Origin: Squalus acanthias | Taxonomy: Eukaryota | Direction of reading: 5' to 3' | Assembly (NCBI GenBank): GCA_030390025.1 | Contig: JASTWF010000048.1 | Coordinates: 1,302,001 to 1,366,000, forward strand | DNA length: 64,000 nt | Part shown: positions 25,467 through 40,069 of the stretch, piece after piece | How the letters are laid out: every line of letters begins with the position of its first letter | Position numbering within the stretch: position 1 is the stretch's first letter | Notes under the pieces: model-generated | Database searches by the model: none | Told to the model about the DNA's origin: nothing | What the model saw: only the letters and a program-made list of their open reading frames with translations | Program-made: the position numbers and the translations under genes

Positions 25467-26397
25467 GGTTTTTGTTGAGCTCCTTCATCTCTCTGAGTCA
25501 CTGTGCAGACTCGAAGCGCAGTAATACACGGCCGAGTGATTTGCTCGCAGACTGGTGGACTCCAGGTAGAAGTGGGTATCGTCGGGTCTCCTGGCGGTGA
25601 ATCCATCCAACTCACCAGAGGGATTCACCACTTCGGCGACGTTAGAATAGAAAAGGTTTTCAGGCTCCCTGTTGGGATGCCAGCGGTACCAGTAGAAATA
25701 GGTACCAGCTGTTGCTTTTGTGTAAAGGCACTCGATGCGAACTGGAGTGCCCGGGGAACTGATATGGAAGCGGGAGTCTGTTCGATCAGCACGGCCCGCA
25801 CATCTGTAAAACAGCGAAAGAGAGAGAGTGACAGATTAAACCAGGGAGACATTGCATATAGACACCCACCATGAAGGGGCAGAGTAGGGGAGAGAGAGAG
25901 AGTGAGGGCGAGAGTGGCCGAGAGCGGCAGACAGAAACGGCGAAATGGAGAGAGAGACAGAGACAGTGATGGAGCGAGTGTGACACAGATAGAGATATCG
26001 GGGGACAATCTAAACAGTGAAAGAGGACGAGAAGGACAGAGCGATAGAAAAGAGAAAGAAAGTAAGAGAGGCACAGAGAATGAGATACATAGAGACAAAG
26101 ACTGAGAGGCTCACAAAGAGAGATCGTGAGAGACAAGGGAAATAGACAGGCAGTAAGATAGACTGAGAGAGATACAGCGGCAGAGAGCGAGAGCACGGCA
26201 GACAGAATGAGAGGCAGAGAGACGGAGACAGAGAGAAAGAGAGAGCAAAATATAAACCGAGGTAGACAGAATCTGCACCAGCCCGCAGTGTGAAGTGACA
26301 CACGGAGAAATAAACGTAAGGGGCGCAAAAATCTTCCAGCCCAGCTCCACCTTACCCGTTAACAGCAGCAACACAACCCAGAGTTGATGCACAGCAT
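25467..26397 (-). pseudogene. TCR V pseudogene A3
   Basis: Leader 42 nt instead of 43 (frameshift); V exon 25803-25506 is 298 nt instead of 299 (1-nt loss near 25760); ends YYCASSL; perfect RSS at 25505-25467. Confidence 0.85.
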
Positions 26398-27615
26398 CTC
26401 TGGAGGGAGAAACATCCGATCGTTTATGATGTGATATCACTGAGCCGTTATATTGTGGAATATCACAAAGGTCTGAGCAATGAGTGGAATTTACTGTTCC
26501 CTGTTCTCCAATGTTAAACTTTCGGATGGGAGGTGCCAATCTCTCTTCAATTGTTCATTGGCTCCAACATCGGGGATTGTCATTTCCGGGGCGGGGCTAA
26601 TGAGGATCCCGGATAATCGGTGGGCTGCTCTTCCCTTTGATGGCGGAGTCTCGGATCTTTAAGCCTGTAACAACCCGAGGCTCCATCTGAGATACCAGTG
26701 ATGGTGAGGGACTGAGAAAATGGAGTTATACTGCCTGTCTGACTCATTCTGCGGATTTAATCTGCATCTAATCAGTGATCGTGGGGCATTATTCTGTATC
26801 TAACCAGGGGGTGAGGGGCTTCAAACGGACTTTACCCACTGACTGAAGGGCTTTACTCTCTATCTAATCAGTGAGTGGTGGACCTTACTCTGTATCTAAC
26901 TAACGGATCATGGACTTTACACTGTATCTGACTACTATATGATGGCATTCACTCTGTACCTAATCAATAATTGATTGGCTTTACTCAGTACCTAACGAAT
27001 GGATCATGGGTTTGACTTTGTATCTAAGCTAAACGATGGACTTCAATCTGTATGAAATCAATGATTCATGGGACCTACTGTATCTAATCACTTTATCAAG
27101 CAGGGCTGCCCATGTATCTAACCCGTGCTCTCACTTATCTCAACTGTGTTGACTGGATATCTAATCCGTGCTGCCCATGTATTTAATCAGTTCCGTCCCT
27201 GTACCTATCCCGTACTGTCCCTGTATCTTACCCGTACTGTCCTTATATCGTACCTGTACTGTGCCTATACCTAACCCGCACTGTGCCTCTATCTAACGCC
27301 TGCTGTCCCTGTATCTAATGTGTGCTGTTCCTGTATCTTAGGAGCGCTGTGCCTGTTTCGATCCCGTGCAGCCCATATATTTAATCAGTTCAGACCCTGT
27401 CCCTATCCCCTACACTCCCTGCATCATACGAATACTCTCCCTCTATCAAACCCGTACTGTCCGGTATCTGACGCTTGCTCTCCCTGTATCTTACCCGTGC
27501 TGTCCGTTCTCACACACCAAACCCGCCCCCCTACCAACCCTCCGCCTCTGGATTGACTCCACCCCCAGCGAAGCAGCGGCTGGTTCGGTCCTGAGCTCCG
27601 TTCTCAGCTGCACCG

Positions 27616-28083
27616 GGTTTTTATTGCACAGTGCCGGCTCTATGTGGCAACTGTGCAATCGCCAGGCGCAATAATATACCCCCGAGTGGTTCGCTCGCAG
27701 GCGGGTCGATTGCAGGTGAAATGTTGGGTCGTCGGGTCTACATGCGGTGAAGCCGTCCACCTCTCCCGCCGGCTCGCTGCGGTCGGTATTGGGAGAGTAG
27801 AAGAGCAGCAAAGCTGTCCGTCTGTGAGCTGGCGGTACCAGGAAAACTCTGAGCTGAAGTTGCCCACCGCAGAACACGGATCTGCAGCGGCGAGTGCAGT
27901 GAATGGGAGATTAAAGGCGGATTTTGCTGAACTTTGCCGTTTGCTACACCTGCGAATAGTAGGAAAATGACTGGATTAAAACAGGGGGCCGTTCACAGTC
28001 GGAGCCAAACTGCGCCCAAGCAATGCCGAGAGAGACTTACTGTGCAACAGCAGCGCAGACACAAGACATCGGGATAAATGCAT
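27616..28083 (-). pseudogene. TCR V pseudogene B3
   Basis: Leader 28083-28041; V exon 27949-27656 with two 1-nt deletions; RSS CACAGTT-24-ATAAAAACC. Confidence 0.88.
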
Positions 28084-31000
28084 TTTGTTGTACAGTTTGC
28101 AGAACAGAATCAAACGGAGATTTTGTTAAAAATCTGCTCGCCCGGCGGCTGTGTGGCGGCTTTATGTTACTGCAGTTGTTTTTGATTGACAGCTGCTGCC
28201 CGCTTACTCAAGGCCCCGCTCCCTTACAGTCTGATTGCCGACTGTCGACATAACCCCGCCCCCTCCCTGCTTCTCCCGACTCTTCACGTAACTGAAGTCC
28301 TTCATCCCTGGTACCATTCTGGAAAATCTACCCTCCAACCTGTGTCTGCTCTGGACATCCGTCCGAAGGCGCGTTGGCCATGTTTGGATTCACTTTTCTA
28401 GCTGGGGCTGGAGAAACCCATTTCTCAATTTCTAAAGATAGAAACAAAACGAACTATGTTGTGAGGAAGTTGTTGCTCATTTCGATTCTAACACGCCACC
28501 AGAAATAAAACATTAAATTGGAGAAAACTGACCTTCATCTTGGTAGTGTAATGCAATCCGGCGGGTGCTCGTTTAGCAAACAGTTCCGGTTCAGTCTTAA
28601 ATCCGCTTCGGTTTGATTGGTATAGTGTCAGAGCCGGAAGTTGCAACGAATAGTTGCATGCGCCCATGGAGCAAATAAACATGTTTAGCAGCAAATACAT
28701 TGTATTGGACCACAGAATTCACCAACTGATTTTGATTGATGGTGTTTGAATCGCTACAGAATTATCTTTCTTCCTCTCTGTCTTTCTTTCTTCTTTCTTT
28801 CCTTCGTTTCTTTCTTTCTCTCCGTTTCCTTTTGTTTGTCTTTCATTTTATGTCTCTCCCTTTCTTTCCTCATTTATTTTTTTATTACTTTTTTGTCTTC
28901 CTTTCTTACTTGCTTTCTCTCCGAGGCTCCATGTGAGATGGCAGTAATGATGAGGTGTTTAATCAACTCTTTCTCCCTCTTTTTCTTTCCACTTTCAATC
29001 TCTTTTTCGCTTTGACTTCCTTATTGTTTTTGTTTCCTGCTTTCATTCCATCGCTCCCTTTACTTTCTTCTCCTTTTATCATTAACTTTGCCTTCTTGTC
29101 GTCTCCCTTCTCTTTCTTTCTAAATTAACACCAACAACTTGCATTTATATAGCGCCTTTAACGCAGTAAAACGTCCCAAGGCTTTTCACAAGGAGCGTTA
29201 TCAAAAAAAAATTGACAGTGAGCCTACTTAAGGAGATATTAGGGCAGATGGCCAAAGCTGGTTAAACAGCGAGGTTTTAATGGGCGCCTTAAAGGAGCAA
29301 TGAGGGGTAGAGAGGCGGAGAGGCTTAGCGAAAGATTTCAAGTGCTTACGGCCTCGGCAGCTGAAGGCACGGTCGCCAGTGGTGAAGCAATCAAAATCGG
29401 AGATGCGGAGCAGCCCAGATTTGCAGGAACGCAGATATCTCGTACGGTTGTGGGGCTGGAGGAGGTTTCAGAGAGAGTGGGGGGCGCGACGGAGGGATTT
29501 GAAAGCAAACATGAGAATTTTAAAACGGAGGCGTTGCTCAACCCGCAGCCAATGCAGGTCAGCGAGCACAGCGGTGATGGGTGACCGGGGCTTGGTACGA
29601 GTTAGAATAGGGGGAGCACAGTTATAGTTTAGGGAGGGTGGAAGATGGGAGTCCGGCCAGTAGTGCGTTGGAATAGTCAAGTCTGGAGATAACAACGGCA
29701 TGGATCAGGGTTACAGTAGCGGGTGAGCTGAGGAAGGGGCAGAATCGGTGATGTTACAGAGGTTCAAGTAGGCGGTCTTAATGATGGCACGAAGTTCTGC
29801 AGTGGTGTTCCCCAATGGACAGTTTTGAAACCATTAATCTTTGCAATTTTTACAAAAAAACTTCCTGGACTCGGTTGTAAGGAGCAGTATTATGAAGTAT
29901 TCAAATGACGTGTAACTTTTCAAAGTAGTAGATGGTGATAAGGATAGTTGTACAATTCAGGATGACATAGATAGGACGGCGAAATCGGCAGAAGCATGTC
30001 AGATGGAGTTCAATGTGGAGAAATGTGAAGTGGTCCACTTTGGAGCACTAATATGGAAGGAATGCATAGTATAAATGGCACGATTTTGCAAAGTGTAGAT
30101 GAGCAGAGATCTTGGTGTACATATACATAAAACCTTAAAGGCGGCAGGGTAATTGATAATGTGTTTAAAAAATGTAGGTGGGTTATTTGGATTTATAAAT
30201 AGTTCAATAGAAAATAACAACAAAGAGATCATACTGGAACTTCAGGAAACACTGGTGAGGCCTCAGCTGCAGGACTCTGGACAATTCTGTCACCTAAATG
30301 GAGGAAAGATGTAAAGGCCTTAGAAAGGGTACAGAGGAGGTTTACCAGGGTGTTAACAGGAATGAGGGACTTCAGATATGAGGAGAGGTTGGTAAAGTTA
30401 CGTCTGTTCTCCTTGCAACAGAAATGTTTAAGAGGTGACCTAATAGAGATTTTCAAGACAATGACAGGTTTTGATGGAGAAACTTATAGAAGTAGAAAAA
30501 AACTATTCCCTCTGGCGAGTGTGTCAATAGCCGGCGTTAATAGTAAACTATAAAAATAGGCATGGCTCATTCTGTACCAAAGCAGGTCGTGGCACAGGGT
30601 ACATTGAAGCTACAGCGCCAGCTAATGGCAACAACGTCCAACTACAAGCAACTGGATCTTGTCACTTTCCAGGTACAACCGATATGGTAGGTATTTTCAA
30701 CTCATGTCCTGAAATTGATTTGGCTTCTAATTATTTTCCCCTCTGCTTCAGATGTTGACGATCTAACATAGAATTGCATGGAATTTACAACACGGAATCC
30801 TGTCCAATTGGACAATGCAGGGCTTTGTCCTGTACAGGAGGCACCTCCCACCTCACTTCATCTCACCCTATCAGCAGAACCTTCTACTCCTTTCTCCCTA
30901 GAGTCTTTAGCCAGCTTCTATGGTATTTACCTCAAGCAGTCCTTGTGGTAGCATGTTCCACTTTCTCAGCACTCTCTGTGTCATGAGGTTTTTCCGGAAT

Positions 31001-31276
31001 TCCTTTTATAATTTTGTAGTGACTATCTTATATACATGGCTCGTATTTTGGATCAAGCGCATAAATTGAAAAATAATCTCTACATCTACCCTATCAAAAC
31101 CTTCCATGAACTTAAATTACTCCAAGTGTGGTCTACCAACGCTATATGGAGACCAGCACTGTGTACGTATTCTAAGTGTGATCTAACCAAGTTATATGGA
31201 GATTAGAACTGAGCGCTCGGCGCTGTTCTCTGAATCTTCAGTAAAATTACACGAGTCTGAGGGCAGCTCATCTGAG

Positions 31277-31315
31277 GGTTTTTGTCGAGGCGGCAGATGA
31301 CTGTGAACCGCTGTG
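31277..31315 (-). other. 23-RSS of C3
   Basis: CACAGCG-23-ACAAAAACC. Confidence 0.95.
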
Positions 31316-32116
31316 TCCCATCAGTAGCTGCACAGAAATACACCGCCGCATCCGTGTGTTTAACGCTGTCGATCTTCAGAGTGGATTTCTTATTTTCCAC
31401 AGTCCTCGTAATGGCAAAGCCGCTCTCAAAACCCTCTCCATACTGAGCTTCACTACTTAAATAAATAGACCCGATGTAGGTGAATCCTTGTCCAGCGGAT
31501 TGCCGATACCACAGCATGTTGTTGCCGACTGTTCCATTCTGATAACAATTTAACTCGGCCTCTCCTCGCTGATCAACAGTAATCGAATTCGGCCACTGAT
31601 GAATCACATCCCCCAGCGGACAGTCTGAAAAAGAGGCAGCAGAGATGATTAAAACAGTCGGATGTAATTGACAAACTCGGTTGGCTTTTCAAATAAATCC
31701 CGGGGCCGGAAGCCGGCATTGTGGAGTCGCCGATTACACAACACCTGTTAAAATCTACCCGATAATTCACGGATTATCGCCAAATGAACAACATAATGGC
31801 GATTATCCTACAGTTTGTTAAGAAAGAACGAGATTCTGCAACTTTGAATTATAATGAGAACGATCTACGCATCAATAAATATTAAAGCAACTAAAATAAC
31901 ATTAAACGCCTTACGTTTAGTAGATTAAAATAAATTGTCGATTTAAATATTTGATTGGTCATAGATAATTGGTCGTTAATCATGAGCGATTACATAATGT
32001 AGAATAGTAAATATGTTTCATGAATGGATGATACGAGTACATCACTTATAATTGTTCAACAGTATCTTACTCGGTGCCAGCAATAAAAGAGCAAAGACCA
32101 GCAAATTGAAATGCAT
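31316..32116 (-). CDS. TRBV: TCR V gene C3, apparently functional
   Basis: Leader 32116-32071 MHFNLLVFALLLLAP; V exon 31624-31316 open to YFCAATDG. Confidence 0.9.
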
Positions 32117-32209
32117 CGTTGAGGGCAATCGACGATCTAATGCCCCAAATGGGGAGTGCATATGCAAAATCCGGGGTCAGAACCGGAAGTTGCGTAGTTA
32201 AACAGAAAA

Positions 32210-34065
32210 AAAGATCTTGCATTGCAAAAGCGCGTTACACGTCCTCAGAACGACCGAAAGCGCTTTGCAACCAATAAAGTACTTTTCAAGTGTAGTCGCT
32301 GTCGTAATATAGGAAACGCGGCAGCCCAATCTCCGCACAGCAAGATCTGCCAATGAGAAATGTGATAAATCAAAAGATAATCTGCTTTTCTGTGATTTTG
32401 TTTCAGGGAAACATATTGGCCAGGACAAAGGGAGAACTCCGAAATAGTAAGCGTGCGAAACTTAACGTTCACCTGAGAGGGTAGGCAGAGCCTAGGATTA
32501 AGTACTCCCTCAATACTGCAGCTTGCAACAGTGCAGCACTCCCTCAGTACTGCCCCTCGGACACTGCAGCGCTCCCTCTGTACTACCCCTACGACAGTGC
32601 AGAACTCCATCAGTAGTGCCCCTCCAAAAGTGCAGCGCTCCCTCAGTACTGCCCCTCCGACAGTGCTGAGTTCCCTCAGTACGAGACCTCCGACAGTGTA
32701 GCGCCTTCTCACTACTGCCCCTCCGACAGTACAGGGCACCCTCGGTACTGCCTCTCTGAAAGTGCAGCGCTGCCTCAGGACTGCCCCTCCGACAGTACAG
32801 CGTTTCCTCAGTACTGCTCCTCTGATAGTGCAGCGCTCCCTCAGTACTGCCCCTCCAACAGTGCAGCGCTCCCGTGGTACGGCCGCTCCGACAGTACAGC
32901 GCTCCCTCAGTACTGCCCCTCCGACAATACCGCCCTCCCTCAGGACAGCCCCTCTGACTGTGCAGTGCCCCCTCAGTACTGCCCCAACAACAGTGCAGCG
33001 CTCCCTCCATACAGCGCCTCCGACTATGCAGCGCTCCCTCAGCACTGCCCCTCCGACAGTGCAGTGCTCCCTCATTACTGCCCCTACAACAGTGCAGCAC
33101 GACCTCAGAACCGCCCCTCTGACAGTGCAGCACTCCCTCAGCACCACCTCTGCCACAGTGCAGCATTTCCCTCAGTACTGCCCATCCGACACTCCAGCTT
33201 TCCCTCAGTGCTGCACTCTGACAGGGCAGCCCTTCATCAGTACTTCCCCTCCGACAGTGCAGCACAGCCTTAATACTGCCCCTCCGAGACTGTGGCTCTC
33301 AATCAGAACTGCCACACCGACGGTACAGCGCTCCCTCAGTACTGTCCCTCTGAGAGTGCAGAGCTCTCTCAGCACATCCCCTCCAACAGTAAAGCGCTCC
33401 CTCAGTACTGCCCCTCCGACAGTGCAGCGCTCCCTCAGTACTGCCCCTCTGACAGTGCAGCTTAACCTCAGTACTTTGACTCCGATAGTGCAGCACTCCC
33501 TCAGAACTGCCCCTCGGAAAGTGCAATGCTCCCTCAGTTCTTTCCCTCCGACAGAGCAGCTCTCCCTCAGTACTGACCCTCCTAATGTTCAGCGCTCCCT
33601 CAGTATTGCCCCTCCGACAGTAAAGCGCTCCCTCAGTACTGCTCCTCCAACAGTGCAGCACTCCCTCATTACTGCCCCTCCGACAGTGCAGCACTCCCTC
33701 AGTACAGCCCCTCCGACAGTGCAGTTCTCCCTCAGTACAGCCCCTCCGACAGTGCAGTTCTCCCTCAGTACAGCCCCTCCGACAGTGCAGCGCTCCCTCA
33801 TTACTGCCCCTCCGACAGTGCAGCACTCCCTCAGTACAGCCCCTCCGACAGTGCAGTTCTCCCTAAGTACAGCCCCTCCGACAGTGCAGTTCTCCCTCAG
33901 TGCTGTCCTTCCTACAGTGCAGTTCCTCCTCAGTGCTGTCCCACCAACAGTGCAGCACTCCCTGACTGCTGCAATGAATTCACTTCAGTCGCTGGAGAGA
34001 GAAGCGAACCCACCAACCTTCTGCCTCAGATGCGCGAATTGTACAAACCCAGTCCCAGCTGACAA
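32210..34065 (-). repeat. SINE containing a ~1.45 kb 33-bp minisatellite (~32505-33970)
   Basis: Same unit; the most homogeneous stretch is 33600-33900. Confidence 0.9.
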
Positions 34066-36368
34066 TACAGGACATTAATCTACAAAGATGCCGGAATAAG
34101 TTTGTCACGTTTAACTTCATGGGATCAGTGCAACAATCATGATTGGGTAATGAGACTTGTGAAGCACGGCTTCTGCAGTCGGCAGTGAATGATATCAGGG
34201 CTGAAGGACTTCAGTTGTGTGGATAGAATCGAAAAGCTGAGATGGTTTTCCTTGGAGTGGAGGAGGTCAAGGAGAGATTCACCACAATGTTATCAGGATT
34301 GAGAGACTTCGGTAACGTCCGAATGCTGGAGAGGCTTGGATTTTATTCTCCTTCGAGCAGATGTGGCTAATGGGGAGATTTAATGTGTTCAAACTGACAA
34401 AGAACGTGGGGAGAAATTGTTTCCACTGGTAGGAGCGTCGGTAAGTAGAGCACACGGATTTAGGATCATTGGCAAAATTATCCGAGGTGCAGATCAGATG
34501 AATCTTTTTAAGTCAGCGAGTTGTCATGATACAGAATGCACTGCCTGAAATTGCGATGGAAGTAAATTCAATAGTAAGTTTCAAATGTGAATTGGCTATA
34601 TAGTACAAAAAGAACATACATTAAGTGCTATTGGATAAGAGCAGGGAGTGGGACAATTTTACAGTGGAGGTCATTTTCTAGTTGTCATAAATATGACATA
34701 CTCACGAATACATCTACGAGGGAATTCATAAGCAATCTACTAACCCAATGAGTGGTGATAATGTTTAACTTGTTACCACAAGGAGAGGTTGAACGGAATA
34801 GTATAGATGCATTTAAAAAAAAAACTATGTAAGGACATGAGCGAGAAAGGGTTAGAAGGAGACGCTGATATGGTGAGATGAAAAGGGGTGGAAGGAGGAT
34901 CATGTGGAACTAATTGGAAAGCGCTTTTTAACAGCCGGACAGTGCTCGAAGGGCCGAATTGCCTACTTCTGTGCTGTACCGTTAATGATTCTATAAAGAA
35001 CAGAATATTGTTGCGTCAAAGTTCCCTTCAGTTTCAGGCTGTGCGGGTTTAAGTTCCTTGTGCCCTAAACGAAAATTGAAGGGTTAAATTTTTCGCGGGG
35101 CTGCACTCCTAAACTCTTTGAAAAACACATCAAATGGCATTAAGAGTCTGATAGACAGGTGGCTTAACGTTTTTTAACAGACACTCAAACATCTGTCAGG
35201 AGGCAGGTGTTCCAGTGAGAAACGGATCTGGAGCAGCCTCTCGCCTTTGCACAGGGTGAAACATCCGTCACCCGTTTAAAGGCTCTGAGATGAACTATTT
35301 CCTATTTGTATGGGGTCGTGCACATTAGAGCAGAAAAGGTTAAGGGGAGATTAGAAAGAGCTGTTCAAAAGCATGGTTGTTTTTCATGGGTTAAGTAAGG
35401 AGAAATTGTATCCAGTGGCAGGAGGTTCCATAATCAGAGGAGACAGATTTAAGGTAATTTACAAAAGAGCCAGAGGGCGAGATGAGTAGAAGCTTCTCCT
35501 CAGTTAATTTTTATGATCTGGAATGCGCTGCCTGAACGGGTGGTGAAGCAGATTCTATAGTAATTTTCAAAAGGTAATTGGAGAAATTCTTGAAGCGGAA
35601 TTATATTCAGTGCTGTGGGGAACCGGTCAGGGGATTGTGACCAATTGGATAGCTCCTTCAAAAATCTAGCACTGGCACGATTGATCGAATGGCCTTCTTC
35701 TGTGCTATATCATTCTATGATTCTATGATAATCAGCGCATCTCTCGTCGCTATTGTGATAGCGCAATTAACACGTGGGATATGCACCTCCTCTGATAGCG
35801 TGAGCTGGGGAACAATTCACTGGTATAATCGGAAGCTATGCGTAATTCCTTCCCATTTCCCTACGTCCGTTCTTCCAACACTAACATGAACCCATTTACC
35901 CCACCTCATAATCTGATGTTAAAATGTAGCGTATCCCTTCATGAAAAGGACATCCAAAATGTTGAAACAGCATTTTTAATTATTAATAATCTATAGTAAT
36001 ATTCTGAAGCGAAAGTGAGTAAGAAGATGAATCAGTATGAATAAAAAAGTAATCCATGATATCATATTTATTGGAACGGTATGATTAAAGAATAGCGATA
36101 GATAGATGATAATACGATAGATAGATAGATAGTTGGCAGATAGATAGATATTGAGATCGATCGATCAGAGCTGGATAGACAGATCGATAACAATTCAATG
36201 CACAGATTGCAGATGGATAGAGAGATAGATAGTTAGACAGAATAGATATATTGACTGACAGACAGACAGGCAGATAGATAGTTAAATTGGTAAAGAGACA
36301 CACAAACAGACTCACAGGCACACAACGAGATGAATCTGTCTCGCACGGTTATTTCCTGCCCCCTTTGA

Positions 36369-37319
36369 GGTTTTTGTTGAGCTCCTCCATCACTCTGAGT
36401 CACTTTGCAGACTCCAAGCGCAGTAATACACGGCCGAGTGATTCGCCCGCAGGCTGGTGGACTCCAGGTAGAAGTGGGTGTCGTCGGTTCTGCTGGCGGT
36501 GAATCCATCCACCTCTCCAGAGGGAGTGACCATTCCGGCGAAGTTAGAATAGAAAAGGTTTTCAGGCTCCCTGTTGGGATGCCAGCGGTACCATTAGAAA
36601 GAGGTACTAGCTGTTGGTTTTGTGTAAAGGCACTCGATGCGAACTGGAGTGCCCGGGGATCTGGATATGGAAGCGGGAGTCTGTTCGAACAACACGGCCC
36701 GCACATCTGTAAAGCAGAGAAAGAGAGAGAGTGGTAGTTAAACCAGGGAGACCTTGCATATAGACACCCAGCATGAAGGGGCAGAGTAGGGGAGAGGGAG
36801 AGTGAGGGCGAGAGTGTGCGAGAGCGGCAGACAGACACGGGGAAATCAAGATAGAGACAGAGACAATGATGGAGCGAGTGTGACACAGAGAGAGAAACCG
36901 CGGGACAATCTAAACATTTAAAGAGGACAAGAAGCAATACACGCGGACAGAGTGATAGAAAAGAGAAAGAAAGTAAGAGAGGCACAGAGAATGAGTGACA
37001 TTGAGACAAAGATTGAGAGGCTCGCAAAGAGAGAGCGTGAGAGACAAGGGAAATATAAATGGACAGACAGGCAGTAAGACAGACAGAGAAAGATACAGCG
37101 GCAGAGAGCGAGAGTACGGCAGACAGAATGAGAGGCAGAGAGAGGGAGACAGAGAGACAGAGAGAGCAAAATATAAACCGTGGTTGACAGAATCTATACC
37201 AGCCCGCAGTGTGAAGTGACACGCGGGAAAATAAATGTAAGGGGCACAAGCATCTCACAGCCCAGTTCCACCTTACACGTTAACAGCAACAACACAACCC
37301 AGAGCTGATGCACAGTCAT
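36369..37319 (-). pseudogene. TCR V pseudogene A4
   Basis: Leader 37319-37277 MTVHQLWVVLLLLT; V exon 36706-36408 has TAA at 36596-36594, just before the conserved Trp; heptamer mutated to CAAAGTG. Confidence 0.9.
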
Positions 37320-38149
37320 CTGTGGAGGGAGAAAGATCCGGGTGTTTATGATGTGATATCACTAAGCCATTTTATTGCAGAATTTCACAAAGTTCTGAGC
37401 AATGAGTGTAATTTACTGTCCCCTCCTTTCCAATGTTAAACTTTCGGATGGGAGTGCCTATCTCCCCTCACTTGTTCATTGGCTCTCACATCGGGGATGG
37501 TCATTTCCGGGGCGGGGCTAATGAGGAACCCGGATAAACGGTTTGATGGCGGGGCTGGGATTCTTTAAACCTGCAACTGCACCGAGGCTCCATCGGAGAT
37601 ACCAGTGATGGTGAAGTGTGAGAAAAGGGAGTTATAATGTCTGTCTGACTCATTCTGTGGATTTTATCTGCATCTAATCAGTGAGTGAGGGGTTTTATTC
37701 TGCATCTAACCAGGGATTGAGGGACTCTATTCTGAGTCTAACCATTGAGTGTGGCATTTACTCTGTATATAATCACTGAGTGGTGGACTTAAATCTGTAA
37801 CTAACCAATGAATCATGGGCTTTGCAATGTATCTGACGAGTGTATGATGGGATTCCCTCAGTACCTAATCAGTAATTGATGGGTTTTACTCTGCATCTAA
37901 TTAATATTTCGTGGGTTGTACTTTGTATCTAACCAGTATTTGATGGGCTTCAATCTGCTTCAATCTGTTTCAAATCATTGATTCATCGGCCCTACTCTAT
38001 ATCGAATCCCTGTAACAAGCAGGGCTGCCCATGTATCTAACCCGTGCTCACCCTTATCTAAACCGTTTTGACCGTGTATCTCACGCGTGCTGCCCCTGTA
38101 TCTAACCTGTGCTGTCCCTGTATCTAATGCGTGCTGTCCCTATACTTTG

Positions 38150-39995
38150 AGTCGTAGGGGAAAACAGAGTATGAGAGTCAACTTGCAAATTACATAAACG
38201 CGGACTGGAAAAGCTTCGACAAGGATGTAAAAAGAAAAAGATTAGTGAAGACAAATGTAGCTCCCTTACAATGAGAAACGGGAGAATTTATAATGAGGGA
38301 CAAGGAAATGAGAGAGCAATTAAACAAATACAACGTTTCTGTCTTCACAGAAGAGGACACAAATAACTTCCCAGAAATACTCTGGAACCAAGGGTCTAGT
38401 GAGAAGGAGGAATTAAAGGAAATTAGTGTTAGTTAAAAATTAGAGTAGGAGAAATTAATGGGTCTGAATGCCGATAAATCCCCAGGGCCTGATACTGAGC
38501 AACCCAGAGTACTAAAAGAGGTAGCCATGGAAATAGTGGATGCATTGGTTGGGTTGTCATCTTTCAAAATGCTATAGATTATGGAACAGTTCATGCAGAT
38601 TGGAGGGTGGCAAATGTAAACTCACTATTTAAAAAAGGAGTGTGAGAAAAAACAGGGAACTACAGACCGGTTAGCCTAACATCAGTAGTAGGGAAAATGC
38701 AAGAGTCTATTAAAAAAGATGTGAAAGCAGGACACTTAGAAAATATCAACGGGATTAGACAAAGGCAACATGGATTTATGAAAGGGAAATCGTGCTTGAC
38801 AAACCTACTGGTGTTTTTGAGGACGTCACAGGTAGAATAGATAAGGGAGAAACAGTGGATGTGATTTATTTGGATTTTCAGCAGGCCTTTGATAAAGTCC
38901 CACATCAGAGGTTAGTATACAAAATTAAAGTACATGGGATTGGGGGTATTATACTGGCAAGGATTGAAAATTGGTTAACAGACAGGAAACAGATAGTAGG
39001 AATAAATTTGTCTTTTTTGGGGTGGCAGGCGGTGAATAGTGGGGTACTGCAATGATCAGTGCTTGGGCCCCAGCTATTCAAAATACATATTAATGATCTG
39101 GAGGAAGGAACCAAATGTAATATTTCCAAGTGTGCTGACGACACGATACTAGGAGGGATTGTGAGTTGTGAGGAGGATGCTAAGAGGCTTCAAGGAGATT
39201 TAGACATGTTATCCACTTCAGTAGGAAAAACAGAAAGGCAGAGTTTTATAAAAATGGTGATAGTTTCGGAAATGTTGATGTATAATGGAAACTGAGTGTC
39301 CTTGTACACCAGTCACTGAACGCAAACATGCAGGTGCAGCAATCAGTTAGGAAGGCAAACGGCATGTTGGCCTTCATTGCAAGAGGATTTGAGTACAGGA
39401 GCAAGGATGACTTACTACAGTTATACAGGGCCGTGGCGAGACCACACCTGGAGTATTGTGTGCAGTTTTGCTCTCCTTTATTAAGAATGGTTATACTTGC
39501 CATAGAGGGAGTACAGCGAAGGTTCACCAGACTGATTCCTGGAATGGAAGGACTGTCGTATGAGGAGAGATTGGTTCGACTCGGCCTCTATTCACTAGAG
39601 TTTAGATAAATGAGAGGGGATCTCATTGAAACGTATAAAATTCTGACAGGGCTAGACAGACTGGATGCAGGGAGGATGTTTCCCCTGGCTGGGGGGTGGG
39701 GGTGTCTAGAACGAGGGGTCACATTCTCAGGATACGGGGTAGGACATTTAGGACTAAGATGAGGAGAAGTTTCTTCACTTAGAGGGTGGTGAACCTGTGG
39801 AATTATCTACCACAGAAGGCTGTGGTGGCCTTGTCAATGAATATATTTAAGAAGGATATAGATAGATTTCCAGACTCAAAATTCACCAAGGGGTATGGGG
39901 AGAGAGCGGGAATATGGTATTGAGATAGAGGATCAGCCATGATCATATTGAATGGCAGAGCAGGCTCGAAGGGCCGAATGGCATACTCCTCAATT
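38150..39995 (+). mobile_element. CR1 LINE, 5'-truncated, disrupted ORF2 (RT) plus 3'UTR
   Basis: NYRPVSLTSVVGK, VDVIYLDFQQAFDKVPH, LGPQLF..INDL, KCADDT and RPHLEYCVQF, with stops and frameshifts. Confidence 0.93.
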
Positions 39996-40069
39996 CCATA
40001 TTCCCACTCTCTCCTTGTACCCCTTGATGCATTTTGCGTCTAGAAATCTATCTATCTCCTTTTCACTCA

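Noticed and set aside
27627-27633. Perfect plus-strand CACAGTG within the B3 spacer (and at 42051-42057 in B4), suggesting a D segment or bidirectional RSS
   Set aside because: No nonamer at 12 or 23 nt on the plus strand; point mutations in decaying RSSs.
32762-34078. 438-aa mucin-like ORF (STAPPTVQRSL)n and similar Cys-rich ORFs in all arrays
   Set aside because: A 33-bp unit equals 11 codons and is stop-poor in several frames on both strands. It is nested in a SINE, frameshifted in paralogs, and has no ATG context or splice structure.
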